From the NCBI GenBank assembly GCA_963789265.1, contig CAWBKB010000003.1:512001-576000 (forward strand): 64,000 bases of DNA, read 5' to 3'. The notes below the pieces were generated by a model. It saw only the letters and a list, made by a program, of their open reading frames with translations, made no database searches and was not told the origin of the DNA. Position numbers and translations under genes: made by a program. Origin of the DNA: an uncultured delta proteobacterium. Lineage in GTDB: Bacteria > Desulfobacterota > Desulfomonilia > Desulfomonilales > Desulfomonilaceae. Positions 1-8,227 of this stretch are shown in pieces. The number at the start of each line of letters is the position of its first letter. The first letter of the stretch is position 1.

Positions 1-2
1 GT

Positions 3-296
3 CTTGACCCGGGCGTAGAAATCCTTATCATCAGCATGGATCTGCCTTTTGCCCAAAAGCGCTGGTGCACTGCAACCGGAGTACGCGAGGTGAATACCCT
101 TTCAGACCATAGGGATGGTTCCTTCGGAACCGCATACGGCGTGTTGATCAAGGACCTGCGTTTGTTGGCCAGGGCAGTCTTTGTCATTGACCGAGGCGGG
201 ATAGTACAGTACGTCGAATTGGTGAAGGAGATCGCAGAAGAACCCGATTTCGAGGCCGTACTTGGAGTGGTGAAGAAACTGGCCTCGCAACCATAA
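3..296 (+). CDS. tpx: Thiol peroxidase (Tpx, atypical 2-Cys peroxiredoxin), C-terminal part, truncated by window edge
   Basis: Frame is open from the window start; ISMDLPFAQKRWC and LLARAVFVID...EPD motifs are typical of Tpx. Confidence 0.9.
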   Translation, partial: LDPGVEILIISMDLPFAQKRWCTATGVREVNTLSDHRDGSFGTAYGVLIKDLRLLARAVFVIDRGGIVQYVELVKEIAEEPDFEAVLGVVKKLASQP

Positions 297-314
297 TATC
301 AACGGAGGTTGAAT

Positions 315-770
315 ATGCAGCAATGGAAATCAGTAGACGAGATTCTCGACTTTGCAATCAGCCGTGAAGAAGAAGCGGCCGAATTCTACACTGACTTGGC
401 GGGCCGCATGGACAGGCCGTGGATGAGTCAAATTTTCAAGGAGTTCGCTAAAGAAGAGATGTGGCACAAGAGCAAGCTGGTGGACATCAAATCCGGTCAG
501 CGTCTGCTACCCGCAGAAAAGAAGATTTTGGATTTGAAAATCGGCGACTATCTTGTTGACGTGGAGCCTACCGATCGCATGGATTACCAGCAGGCTCTGG
601 TCGTAGCCATGAAAAAGGAGAAAAAAGCATTCAAAATGTACATCGATCTTGCCGGCGCTACCGACGACGCCAATCTACAGACCGTGTTCATGTCCCTCGC
701 GCAAGAGGAAGCAAAGCACAAACTCCGATTTGAAATCGAATATGACGATTATGTCCTGACCGACAACTAA
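315..770 (+). CDS. Ferritin-like/rubrerythrin family protein
   Basis: Two E..ExxH-type diiron helix pairs (AISREEEA/EEMWH; AMKKEKKA/EEAKH); GGAGG RBS before ATG 315. Confidence 0.85.
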   Translation: MQQWKSVDEILDFAISREEEAAEFYTDLAGRMDRPWMSQIFKEFAKEEMWHKSKLVDIKSGQRLLPAEKKILDLKIGDYLVDVEPTDRMDYQQALVVAMKKEKKAFKMYIDLAGATDDANLQTVFMSLAQEEAKHKLRFEIEYDDYVLTDN

Positions 771-803
771 GACCGGTTTCGGCAGTCCGTAACCGAGGCG
801 GCA

Positions 804-1865
804 ATGAACAAAAAGAAGATACTCACCGCGGTGATCGCATTGGCCGCCCTGGTTCTCATCCTGGTTTGGGTGCAAGGCGGCTTCCACTCAAAGGTGCCCG
901 GAGGTAGAACGATACCACCTCCGGAAAAGGCACTACGGGTGAAAACTGTAAAGGCATCAATCAGTCGGACGGAAGGCGAAGTCACGGTCTCGGGCACCGC
1001 GGCTGCGCGGGAGAGCGCTCGCGTTGCTTCACGTGTTCAAGGCTACGTGATTGAGCTGAATGTGGATGCGGGCGATCACGTGAAGAAAGGTCAGGTGCTC
1101 CTGCGTCTCGACTCCAAGGAAATGGTCGAGCGGGAAGCCCAGGCCAAAGCGGCTCAGGAAAGCGCGACTGCCGACCTGGTGAAGGCTCGGAACGATTTCG
1201 AGCGCTACAAGGTGCTCTTTGAAAAGCAATCGATAGCAAAGAAAGATTACGACGACGCATTGGCCAAATATGATGTAGCCCAGGCCGCTGAAGCACGGGC
1301 CAAGGCGGCCCTCGACGAAGCGAAGACGCTCCTTTCGTACACCATTGTCACCGCGCCCTTTGACGGCGTTGTCGGGGAAAAGAACGTTAACCTCGGTGAC
1401 CTGGCCACACCGGGACGTCAACTCTTAACCATATACACCCCCGGCTCACTCGAACTGGTGGCGCCCGTGGGGGAGCAATACGCCCCTTATCTCAAGGCTG
1501 GCACCTCGGTGACGCTTGAAGTGCCATCCATCTCACTGAAACAGACTGCATCCATACGGGAAGTGGTGCCTCAGCGGCAGGAGAAGACTCGGACGATTAC
1601 AGTCAAGACGCCGCTCACGGAAACGCCGGGCCTGGCTCCAGGACTTTATGGAACGCTCACGTTCAACACACGCCCGTCAGAAGTTATTGTGATTCCGTCT
1701 GAAGCCGTTAAGGTAATCGGTCAGTTGGAGACTGTAAGAGTCGTCGAAAACGGAACCGTAAAGATCCGACACGTGAGGACAGGTCGCAAACTGGGTGGCG
1801 GCAAGGTAGAAATTCTGTCCGGACTTAACCCGGGTGAAGAGGTGGTCATCGGCTCGGATGCATGA
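804..1865 (+). CDS. RND efflux periplasmic adaptor (membrane fusion protein)
   Basis: N-terminal TM anchor, lipoyl half-motifs (V..GD.VKKGQVL; I.APFDGVV), alpha-hairpin, C-terminal EILSGL.PGE.VV. Confidence 0.9.
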   Translation: MNKKKILTAVIALAALVLILVWVQGGFHSKVPGGRTIPPPEKALRVKTVKASISRTEGEVTVSGTAAARESARVASRVQGYVIELNVDAGDHVKKGQVLLRLDSKEMVEREAQAKAAQESATADLVKARNDFERYKVLFEKQSIAKKDYDDALAKYDVAQAAEARAKAALDEAKTLLSYTIVTAPFDGVVGEKNVNLGDLATPGRQLLTIYTPGSLELVAPVGEQYAPYLKAGTSVTLEVPSISLKQTASIREVVPQRQEKTRTITVKTPLTETPGLAPGLYGTLTFNTRPSEVIVIPSEAVKVIGQLETVRVVENGTVKIRHVRTGRKLGGGKVEILSGLNPGEEVVIGSDA

Positions 1866-1998
1866 TCCGATGATGTAGCGTGCCTGCATACGGCCGACCA
1901 TGAGCCGCGAAGCCCATGAGAGTTGAAGCTGAAAACGAAAAAATGATTTCAGATCCCTGGTAAACTCACCCAGAATAAGATGCCTCCCGGCCATCACA

Positions 1999-2184
1999 TC
2001 AGGTTGCGCAGCCCTCAGAGAAAAACTGCTCGGCAACAGACCTATCACGCTCCTCATTCAACGCGTCTTCTATCTCAGCCAACATTCCCGGCTGGTAATT
2101 AATGCACAGGGCTTCATCCAACTCCTCGCCAAAGCATATACGAGTTCCTGAGAATTCTCTCCGAACTTCTTCTTCCGCGGCCAT
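1999..2184 (-). CDS. Small acidic hypothetical protein (61 aa)
   Basis: Strong GAAAGGAG RBS upstream of the ATG; ORF occupies otherwise intergenic space. Confidence 0.6.
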   Translation of the reverse strand: MAAEEEVRREFSGTRICFGEELDEALCINYQPGMLAEIEDALNEERDRSVAEQFFSEGCAT

Positions 2185-2356
2185 TGTCCGATCTCCTTTC
2201 CTCGAACAAGAAATTCACTCCACACATATTGATGCACAAAAAGTCCGGCGGATGCGCAAAATTTGATTCCTCACCGCAATATTTTTGATGCGGACGTCCA
2301 GAAACACCGCTTTCCCGATGCTCGATTCTTCCAAATCGCGTGGCAGCGCAGAGAGG

Positions 2357-2662
2357 CTATTCCTCAGCTCCTTTGTAAACGAACACGTATTCTTCGTTGT
2401 TAATGTCCACCGAAATATCCGCGCCGCGTGATTCCGCGTATACCAGCCAAGTCGGTTTTTCGGTTCCGCAGCACGTTACATCGGGCGAGAATTTCCCATT
2501 CTTTCTGTCGAACCATGCGAGCAACATGGGATCTGAGGACAGCTCTCGGGCCTTGTGGTCGGCTAGGGCCTTGGCGTTCAGAAAGTCCAAGAATTTGTCA
2601 TGCACCCTCACCATAACCGGATGGCTGAGCATGTGTTCAGTTACGTACCTGCAATCCATCAT
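2357..2662 (-). CDS. AF1514/DUF5619-like protein
   Basis: LLAWFDR..FSP..CC..KPTW..YA.SRG...VDIN..EYVF pattern; GAGGAGG RBS before ATG 2662. Confidence 0.7.
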   Translation of the reverse strand: MMDCRYVTEHMLSHPVMVRVHDKFLDFLNAKALADHKARELSSDPMLLAWFDRKNGKFSPDVTCCGTEKPTWLVYAESRGADISVDINNEEYVFVYKGAEE

Positions 2663-2801
2663 GGAGACCTCCTCGTGTATGCCCTGAAGCCACTTATCTG
2701 TTGCTTCGAACAAGCGGCGAATCTTGATCGGTTCAACCGTCTTACACTCTCTTAGTCACAGAACTATCGATTTCAAAGGACAGCCTGCGCGCTTGCACGA
2801 T

Positions 2802-2877
2802 GAAACTGTCTCAAAATCGGTTTTGCAAGAAAATCGTGGCACGATTCTGGGCATTGAAACTGTTTTGGGACAGTTTC
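2802..2877. mobile_element. 76-bp MITE (family A, short form)
   Basis: TIRs GAAACTGTCTCAAAA / TTTTGGGACAGTTTC; flanks cGAT / aGAT; ends match the element at 42525-42731. Confidence 0.7.
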
Positions 2878-3201
2878 AGATGCCCACACTACTCAATCGG
2901 CGGGCAAGATGCCCACCCTACTGAATTGGCGGGCAATCCCACGCTTCGCGGGACCACCCTACTGTTGAGGGGGAATGTCGTGCCCACAAAGTCATTTGCG
3001 ATATCCGCCGGTACTTTCGAGAGCTGCTAAAGGCTACATGTTCATCTCCCCGTGCGGATCTTGTTCCACAGTCCAGTGGGGTAGGTTCCACATCTCCCGT
3101 GATGCATTGGGTCGGCCCTTGCCGCCCTAGAATATCCCGTTTGATGGCCGAACGGCCCTAACAACAGGCCAATGAGCCGACCTGTCGCCTCGTTTCTGTC
3201 T

Positions 3202-3217
3202 TGGCACATGATTTGCT
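3202..3217 (+). promoter_or_regulatory. Sigma54 (-24/-12) promoter
   Basis: TGGCAC-ATGAT-TTGCT matches the TGGCAC-N5-TTGCW consensus, about 100 bp upstream of ORF 3317. Confidence 0.75.
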
Positions 3218-3316
3218 ACTGAATTAGTCGGAAATATCGTCTGACGTTTATTTCGTAATGTTAAAGGAGGCCAAGGTCGGCACGAAAATGCGCAATCCCG
3301 GTCAAGGGGACCTCGG

Positions 3317-4054
3317 ATGAAGAAGATAAGAGTTAATGCAAACGCAATCGTTGACGATATTAGAATGGGTTTGGACCTGAAAAGCCTCATGGAGAAACAC
3401 GGCCTGTCGTATCGTAACTTGCTCAAGGTGCTGGGCCGCCTCCAGGAAAAAGGATGGATCACGCGGGGAGATCTCGGGCACTTGAATTTAGCGGAGGGTT
3501 CCGAGCAAAGTACAGTTCCGGCCAAAGAATTTCTGGTCTCTTTTCGAAGCCGACCTGACGACTTTCACTTGATGGATACGTTTCGACTGACTCCTAAAGC
3601 CCTGCGAAAGATGTACGAAAAGCTCATCCAAGCAGGATTGCTGTCGGAATACGAGTATCATTGCAGAGATAGAAAAGCTCCCGAACTGGAAGAGCATTTT
3701 GTCAATAATGTCTCTGAAGCTTCCACAGAGGTAACTCTATTGAAAAGTGATGGAGGGTGGGGAGTCTGGGGAGACGACGAAACCACCGGACGAGCGGTCC
3801 TGTGTACAAATGACATACACGTGGACAACCCCCGTGGAAGCGTACTTCCGGGCCGGCGATCGGGAGTCTCTACCACGAGCGTAGGCACTGAGCCCAAGGA
3901 GACTACTCCCGAAATCTGCCCGCGATGCGGTTGTCCGTCGCACCCGTCTTCACCGGACGCGTGCCCCCGGTGCGGGGTAGTTTTTTCCAAGCTCGAGCGG
4001 GTGCCTTCGGACAAACGAATTCCCATTTGGCAATTGGATTACGGTATCCGTTAG
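3317..4054 (+). CDS. Hypothetical protein with two copies of a lineage-specific HTH-like domain and a C-terminal zinc ribbon
   Basis: Repeats VNANAIVDDIRMG..LMEKHGLS and VPAKEFLVSFRS..LMDTFRLT; CPRCG...CPRCG near the C-terminus. Confidence 0.75.
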   Translation: MKKIRVNANAIVDDIRMGLDLKSLMEKHGLSYRNLLKVLGRLQEKGWITRGDLGHLNLAEGSEQSTVPAKEFLVSFRSRPDDFHLMDTFRLTPKALRKMYEKLIQAGLLSEYEYHCRDRKAPELEEHFVNNVSEASTEVTLLKSDGGWGVWGDDETTGRAVLCTNDIHVDNPRGSVLPGRRSGVSTTSVGTEPKETTPEICPRCGCPSHPSSPDACPRCGVVFSKLERVPSDKRIPIWQLDYGIR

Positions 4055-4216
4055 ATGAGCTTCTTGGAAAAGTCGCGGAAGATTATTACTGATTCGAGCC
4101 TGCACATCAAATTGCATATCCGCCCGGAAAAAATAGCGTCGGAACACCAGGGTCCGATCGGCAAATTCGACAATGGAGTGCAGCGTGTCTGAAAGCGGCT
4201 GTTATGGAAAGCGTGA

Positions 4217-5317
4217 TTATCGAGTCCGATTTTTTGCATCCAGGACCGGAATGCTTTCCCCGGTCAACTTACGGACCTCATTTAATAAGGCAGGCAACAA
4301 CTCCTCTTCTTCGTAAGTACCCATGCTTTCACCCTTCTTGAACAGTATGCCCCGGCCTCGCCCGCCCGCGATGCCGATGTCAGCTTCTCGTGCTTCGCCG
4401 GGCCCGTTTACCACACAGCCCATGACTGCGACCTTCAGCGGAGTTCTGACGCGGATGAGCGCCTTTTCGACTTTTCGAGCCAGTCCCATGAGGTCTATTT
4501 CCGTTCGGGAGCATGTTGGGCAGGAGATCACCTCAACCCCCCTGCGGCGGATTCCCAGGGCTCTCAGGATTGAATATGCGACCCGGATCTCCTCGACAGG
4601 CGCAGCAGTCAGGGAGACCCGAATTGTATCCCCGATTCCGTCTGCCAGCAGAATCCCTATGCCTACGGCCGATTTTACGGCTCCGGGGACCAGGGTTCCG
4701 GCCTCGGTAATGCCCACGTGGAGCGGGTAGTCCACCCGTTCGGACAAAATTCTGTACGTGTCCACGGTTCGGCTGACATCGGATGCTTTAAGAGAAATCT
4801 TGATTAGATAAAAGTTCTCTTTTTCCAGGATTGCTACGTGTTCCAGGGCGCTCTCAACCATGGCTTCAGCGGTAGCCCCTGAGTGCTTCCTCAGTAGTTC
4901 CTTCTGCAGCGATCCTGCGTTGACTCCGATCCGAATGGGAACGGCACGTTCCGCTGCGGCTTTGGTGATCTCGCGGACTTTGTGGCTTTCTCCAATGTTA
5001 CCTGGGTTGAGTCGGAGGCCGTCAACCCCCTGTCGAAGTGCCTCCAGGGCAAGCCGATAATCGAAATGAATATCCGCCACCAGCGGTATGCTTATCTTTT
5101 CTCTTACCGTCCCGAGGGCAACCGCTGCAGCCATGTCGGGCACGCCGAGACGTATGACCTCGCATCCCACGTCCTCAAGGCGCCGAATCTGGCGAATGGT
5201 GGCTTTTGCGTCCCGGGTGTCAGTGTTTGTCATGGATTGCACGGCAATGGGAGCCCCATCGCCTATGGGAACGTTGCCTATGAGGACTCTTCGTGTCTTT
5301 CGTCGATGAATATTCAT
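4217..5317 (-). CDS. ispG: 4-hydroxy-3-methylbut-2-en-1-yl diphosphate synthase
   Basis: VQSMTNTDT, VADIHF, RLNPGNIG, GDTIRVSL, ISCPTCSR and VMGCVVNGPGE motifs. Confidence 0.97.
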   Translation of the reverse strand: MNIHRRKTRRVLIGNVPIGDGAPIAVQSMTNTDTRDAKATIRQIRRLEDVGCEVIRLGVPDMAAAVALGTVREKISIPLVADIHFDYRLALEALRQGVDGLRLNPGNIGESHKVREITKAAAERAVPIRIGVNAGSLQKELLRKHSGATAEAMVESALEHVAILEKENFYLIKISLKASDVSRTVDTYRILSERVDYPLHVGITEAGTLVPGAVKSAVGIGILLADGIGDTIRVSLTAAPVEEIRVAYSILRALGIRRRGVEVISCPTCSRTEIDLMGLARKVEKALIRVRTPLKVAVMGCVVNGPGEAREADIGIAGGRGRGILFKKGESMGTYEEEELLPALLNEVRKLTGESIPVLDAKNRTR

Positions 5318-5525
5318 TGTTGTGGAAGAATGAGGGTCGCTAAAAGCTCATGATATTGGTTCGCGGTCATGCAATGAAGAATTCGCCAAATCCCACACGG
5401 ACCCGCCAAAGCCTCCCGCGGGACTCGGGATGGCACCCAGGCAAATGACTTGATGGGGCGGGCATCTTGCGGGACGGTCCCGCGAGGCGCGGGACTGCCC
5501 ATCCATCAGCGACAGGCTAGAAGCC

Positions 5526-5679
5526 CATAGGCGTTAAAATAACGAGCCTGCCCTCTGTGAGCCCTGTAGGGGCTCAATGATAGTAGCCCGGCAATTCATT
5601 GCCGGGTGGCCGATAAGCAATGATTCAATCTTCGTCCCCGAGGGACGAAGAGGACTTGAAGCTTATTTTAACGCCTACG
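5526..5679. mobile_element. 154-bp MITE (family B) inserted in a REP-like repeat
   Basis: TIR CATAGGCGTTAAAATAA vs reverse complement of TTATTTTAACGCCTACG (16/17 match); 11-bp target duplication GGCTAGAAGCC at 5515-5525 and 5680-5690. Confidence 0.8.
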
Positions 5680-5770
5680 GGCTAGAAGCCTGTCCCACCA
5701 ATCCTAGGTCGGTCCCGAGTTTGGCGGGGTTCCATACGCGGTAATTCGTATTGCCTTTCAAGAAATGCAC

Positions 5771-6781
5771 TCAGCGGTTGCCGTACCATTTCTCATAATA
5801 AGTGAGGTACTCCCCTGTTTTGATCCGCTGCCACCACGCTTCGTGCTCCAAGTACCATTGCAAGGTTTGGTTCATCCCCTCCGCAAAACCGATGGAGGGC
5901 CCCCAGCCCAGATCTCGTCTCAATTTGGAAGCATCCATCGCGTATCTTCGGTCGTGCCCCGGCCTGTCAGTGACAAAGCGTATCAAGGATTCGGGCTTGC
6001 CAAGTCTTGTAAGAATGAGTCGGACAATGTCCAGGTTGGGAAATTCGGAATTCCCGCCAATATTGTAAACCTCGCCTGCTAACCCTTTGCGCAGGATAGT
6101 ATCTATTGCGCGACAATGGTCCTTAACATGTATCCAATCTCGCACGTTCATCCCGTCCCCGTACACCGGCAATTCTTTGTTCTGCAGAGCATTGGTGATC
6201 ATGAGAGGTATCAGCTTTTCGGGAAACTGATACGGACCGTAATTGTTCGAGCAGCGTGTTATCACTGCATCCAGACCGTAAGTTTTGTGATAGGAACGAA
6301 CCAGCAAATCGGCGGCGGCCTTCGACGCGGCATAAGGGCTGTTCGGAACCAGGTGGCATGTCTCGGTGAAAGCGCCTTTGGAATCGAGCGAGCCGTAAAC
6401 CTCATCTGTAGAAATTTGAACGAAGCGGCTGACACCATACTCGCGACACGCATCCAAGAGCACCTGCGTCCCGCAAATGTTTGTGACCACGAAAGCCGAG
6501 CAGTCCATTATGGAGCGATCCACATGGGATTCAGCGGCAAAATTGATTATCGCGTCCGGCTTTTCACAAACCAGCGACGACACCGCTTTCTTGTCTGTAA
6601 TGTTCCCTCGGATGAAACGGTGGCGCTCACCATAAGGCGCCGCATCTTGAAGATTCTCCAGGTTTCCGGCGTACGTGAGGAGATCCAGGTTGCAAATGCT
6701 TAGGTCAGGATATGATTCGAGCATGTGCATAATGAAATTAGAGCCGATAAAACCGCAGCCCCCTGTTACCAGTATCCGCAT
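5771..6781 (-). CDS. rmlB: dTDP-glucose 4,6-dehydratase
   Basis: ILVTGGCGFIGSNF, AAESHVDRS, STDEVYG, YAASK, NNYGPYQFPEKLIP. Confidence 0.97.
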   Translation of the reverse strand: MRILVTGGCGFIGSNFIMHMLESYPDLSICNLDLLTYAGNLENLQDAAPYGERHRFIRGNITDKKAVSSLVCEKPDAIINFAAESHVDRSIMDCSAFVVTNICGTQVLLDACREYGVSRFVQISTDEVYGSLDSKGAFTETCHLVPNSPYAASKAAADLLVRSYHKTYGLDAVITRCSNNYGPYQFPEKLIPLMITNALQNKELPVYGDGMNVRDWIHVKDHCRAIDTILRKGLAGEVYNIGGNSEFPNLDIVRLILTRLGKPESLIRFVTDRPGHDRRYAMDASKLRRDLGWGPSIGFAEGMNQTLQWYLEHEAWWQRIKTGEYLTYYEKWYGNR

Positions 6782-6789
6782 GAATGACC

Positions 6790-7281
6790 TCAGCCGTCCT
6801 TTCTCGACCAATCGTACGGAATGCCTCCCTCATGTGGGTCCGTCCGGTATTCGTCGGGCTCTTGACGATTGTAAGGTTGAGACGGAATGTTGATCACATA
6901 AGCTTCGCGCTCACCGATACATTTCCAGCCATGGTATACACCCGCAGGAATGACAATCAAGCAGGGCTTATGATCGCCTGAATATAATTCATTCAAAAGG
7001 CCGCGGGTGGGAGAACCTTCACGGTCATCATACAAGACCGCCTTGACCATACCGCGGACGCACGTGAAGCGATCTTCCTGAACCTTGTGGTAGTGCCATG
7101 CCTTGACCACGCCCGGAAACACGGTGCTTAGATAGACTTGGCCGAAACCGCTGAAGAAAGGATCGTCGCACCTCATAATCTCCATGAGGCGCCCGCGTTC
7201 GTCGGGTATGACTTTCAGGGGCTGTACGACGACGCCCTGTATTAAATCGGAATCGGGTGGTTTGAATTTCTGCCGCTGCAT
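6790..7281 (-). CDS. rmlC: dTDP-4-dehydrorhamnose 3,5-epimerase family protein
   Basis: DERG.LME, PGVVKAWHYH and IPAGVYHG cupin motifs; lies between rmlA and rmlB. Confidence 0.9.
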   Translation of the reverse strand: MQRQKFKPPDSDLIQGVVVQPLKVIPDERGRLMEIMRCDDPFFSGFGQVYLSTVFPGVVKAWHYHKVQEDRFTCVRGMVKAVLYDDREGSPTRGLLNELYSGDHKPCLIVIPAGVYHGWKCIGEREAYVINIPSQPYNRQEPDEYRTDPHEGGIPYDWSRKDG

Positions 7282-7289
7282 TGTTCGAT

Positions 7290-8018
7290 TCAAGCCTTGT
7301 TGGCTCCGCCCTGTGCCACCCAGTTGGATGCCTTGAGAAGGGAATCGAACGTGCCTGCGTCTGTCCACCAACCGTCTAACAGGGACCAGGTTATGGTACC
7401 CTGGTCGATGTACATGTTATTTACATCTGTAATTTCCAACTCTCCTCGTTCGGATGGCGAGAGAGTTTTGATAAATTCAAAAACCTGAGAATCATACATG
7501 TAGATCCCGGTGACAGCATACTGCGAAGCAGGATTGGCAGGCTTTTCTTCGATTTTCACCACACGGTCGCCATTGAGCACTGGTACACCGAATCTTCGAG
7601 GGTCTTCGACCTCCTTGAAGAGGATCTTCGCCCCCTGCGGTTGGCGCTTGTAGTCCTCTACGGCCGAGATTATGTTCTTCTCTATCAGGTTGTCCCCCAA
7701 TACCACGCAGATTTTTCCGCGAGCCGCGTGGTTTTCGGCCAGAGCGAGAGCATCGGCTATTCCACCGTTACCCTCTTGATAGGCGTAGTTGATTTGATCT
7801 ACACCAAGTTCTTTTCCGTTGCCCAGGAGGCGCAGGAAGTCACCTGGGTTGTTGCCGCCGGTAACCACCAGAATATCCTTGATCCCTGCTTTCACAAGGC
7901 ATTCTATGGGATACGTAATCATCGGTCTGTCGTAAACGGGGAGAAGGTGCTTGTTGGTAATCTTGGTCAAGGGGTACAGCCTTGTTCCAAGTCCTCCAGC
8001 TAATACTACGCCCTTCAT
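7290..8018 (-). CDS. rmlA: Glucose-1-phosphate thymidylyltransferase (short SpsI-like form)
   Basis: GVVLAGGLGTRLYPLT..NKHLLPVYD, LGDN, RGELEITD, WTDAGT. Confidence 0.92.
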   Translation of the reverse strand: MKGVVLAGGLGTRLYPLTKITNKHLLPVYDRPMITYPIECLVKAGIKDILVVTGGNNPGDFLRLLGNGKELGVDQINYAYQEGNGGIADALALAENHAARGKICVVLGDNLIEKNIISAVEDYKRQPQGAKILFKEVEDPRRFGVPVLNGDRVVKIEEKPANPASQYAVTGIYMYDSQVFEFIKTLSPSERGELEITDVNNMYIDQGTITWSLLDGWWTDAGTFDSLLKASNWVAQGGANKA

Positions 8019-8227
8019 GCGGTACTCCCTTGAAGCACAATTGGCGCATGATCCTACCATTGAGAGATGCGTTAGTCAAATCCCGGTTCTTCACCGAATC
8101 CGGGGCAGCACCGCGCCGATCCCAAGGACGGTCGTCGCAGTGCTGTCAGCTTGACCGGCAAGGGACGCCGACTCTTCAAGAATCTATGCACAAGATAGCC
8201 AAACGGACACTGTTTCTGACAAGTGCT

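Noticed and set aside
5771..8018. Missing rmlD as evidence for a novel sugar pathway
   Set aside because: rmlD is often encoded elsewhere, so this cannot be judged from one window.
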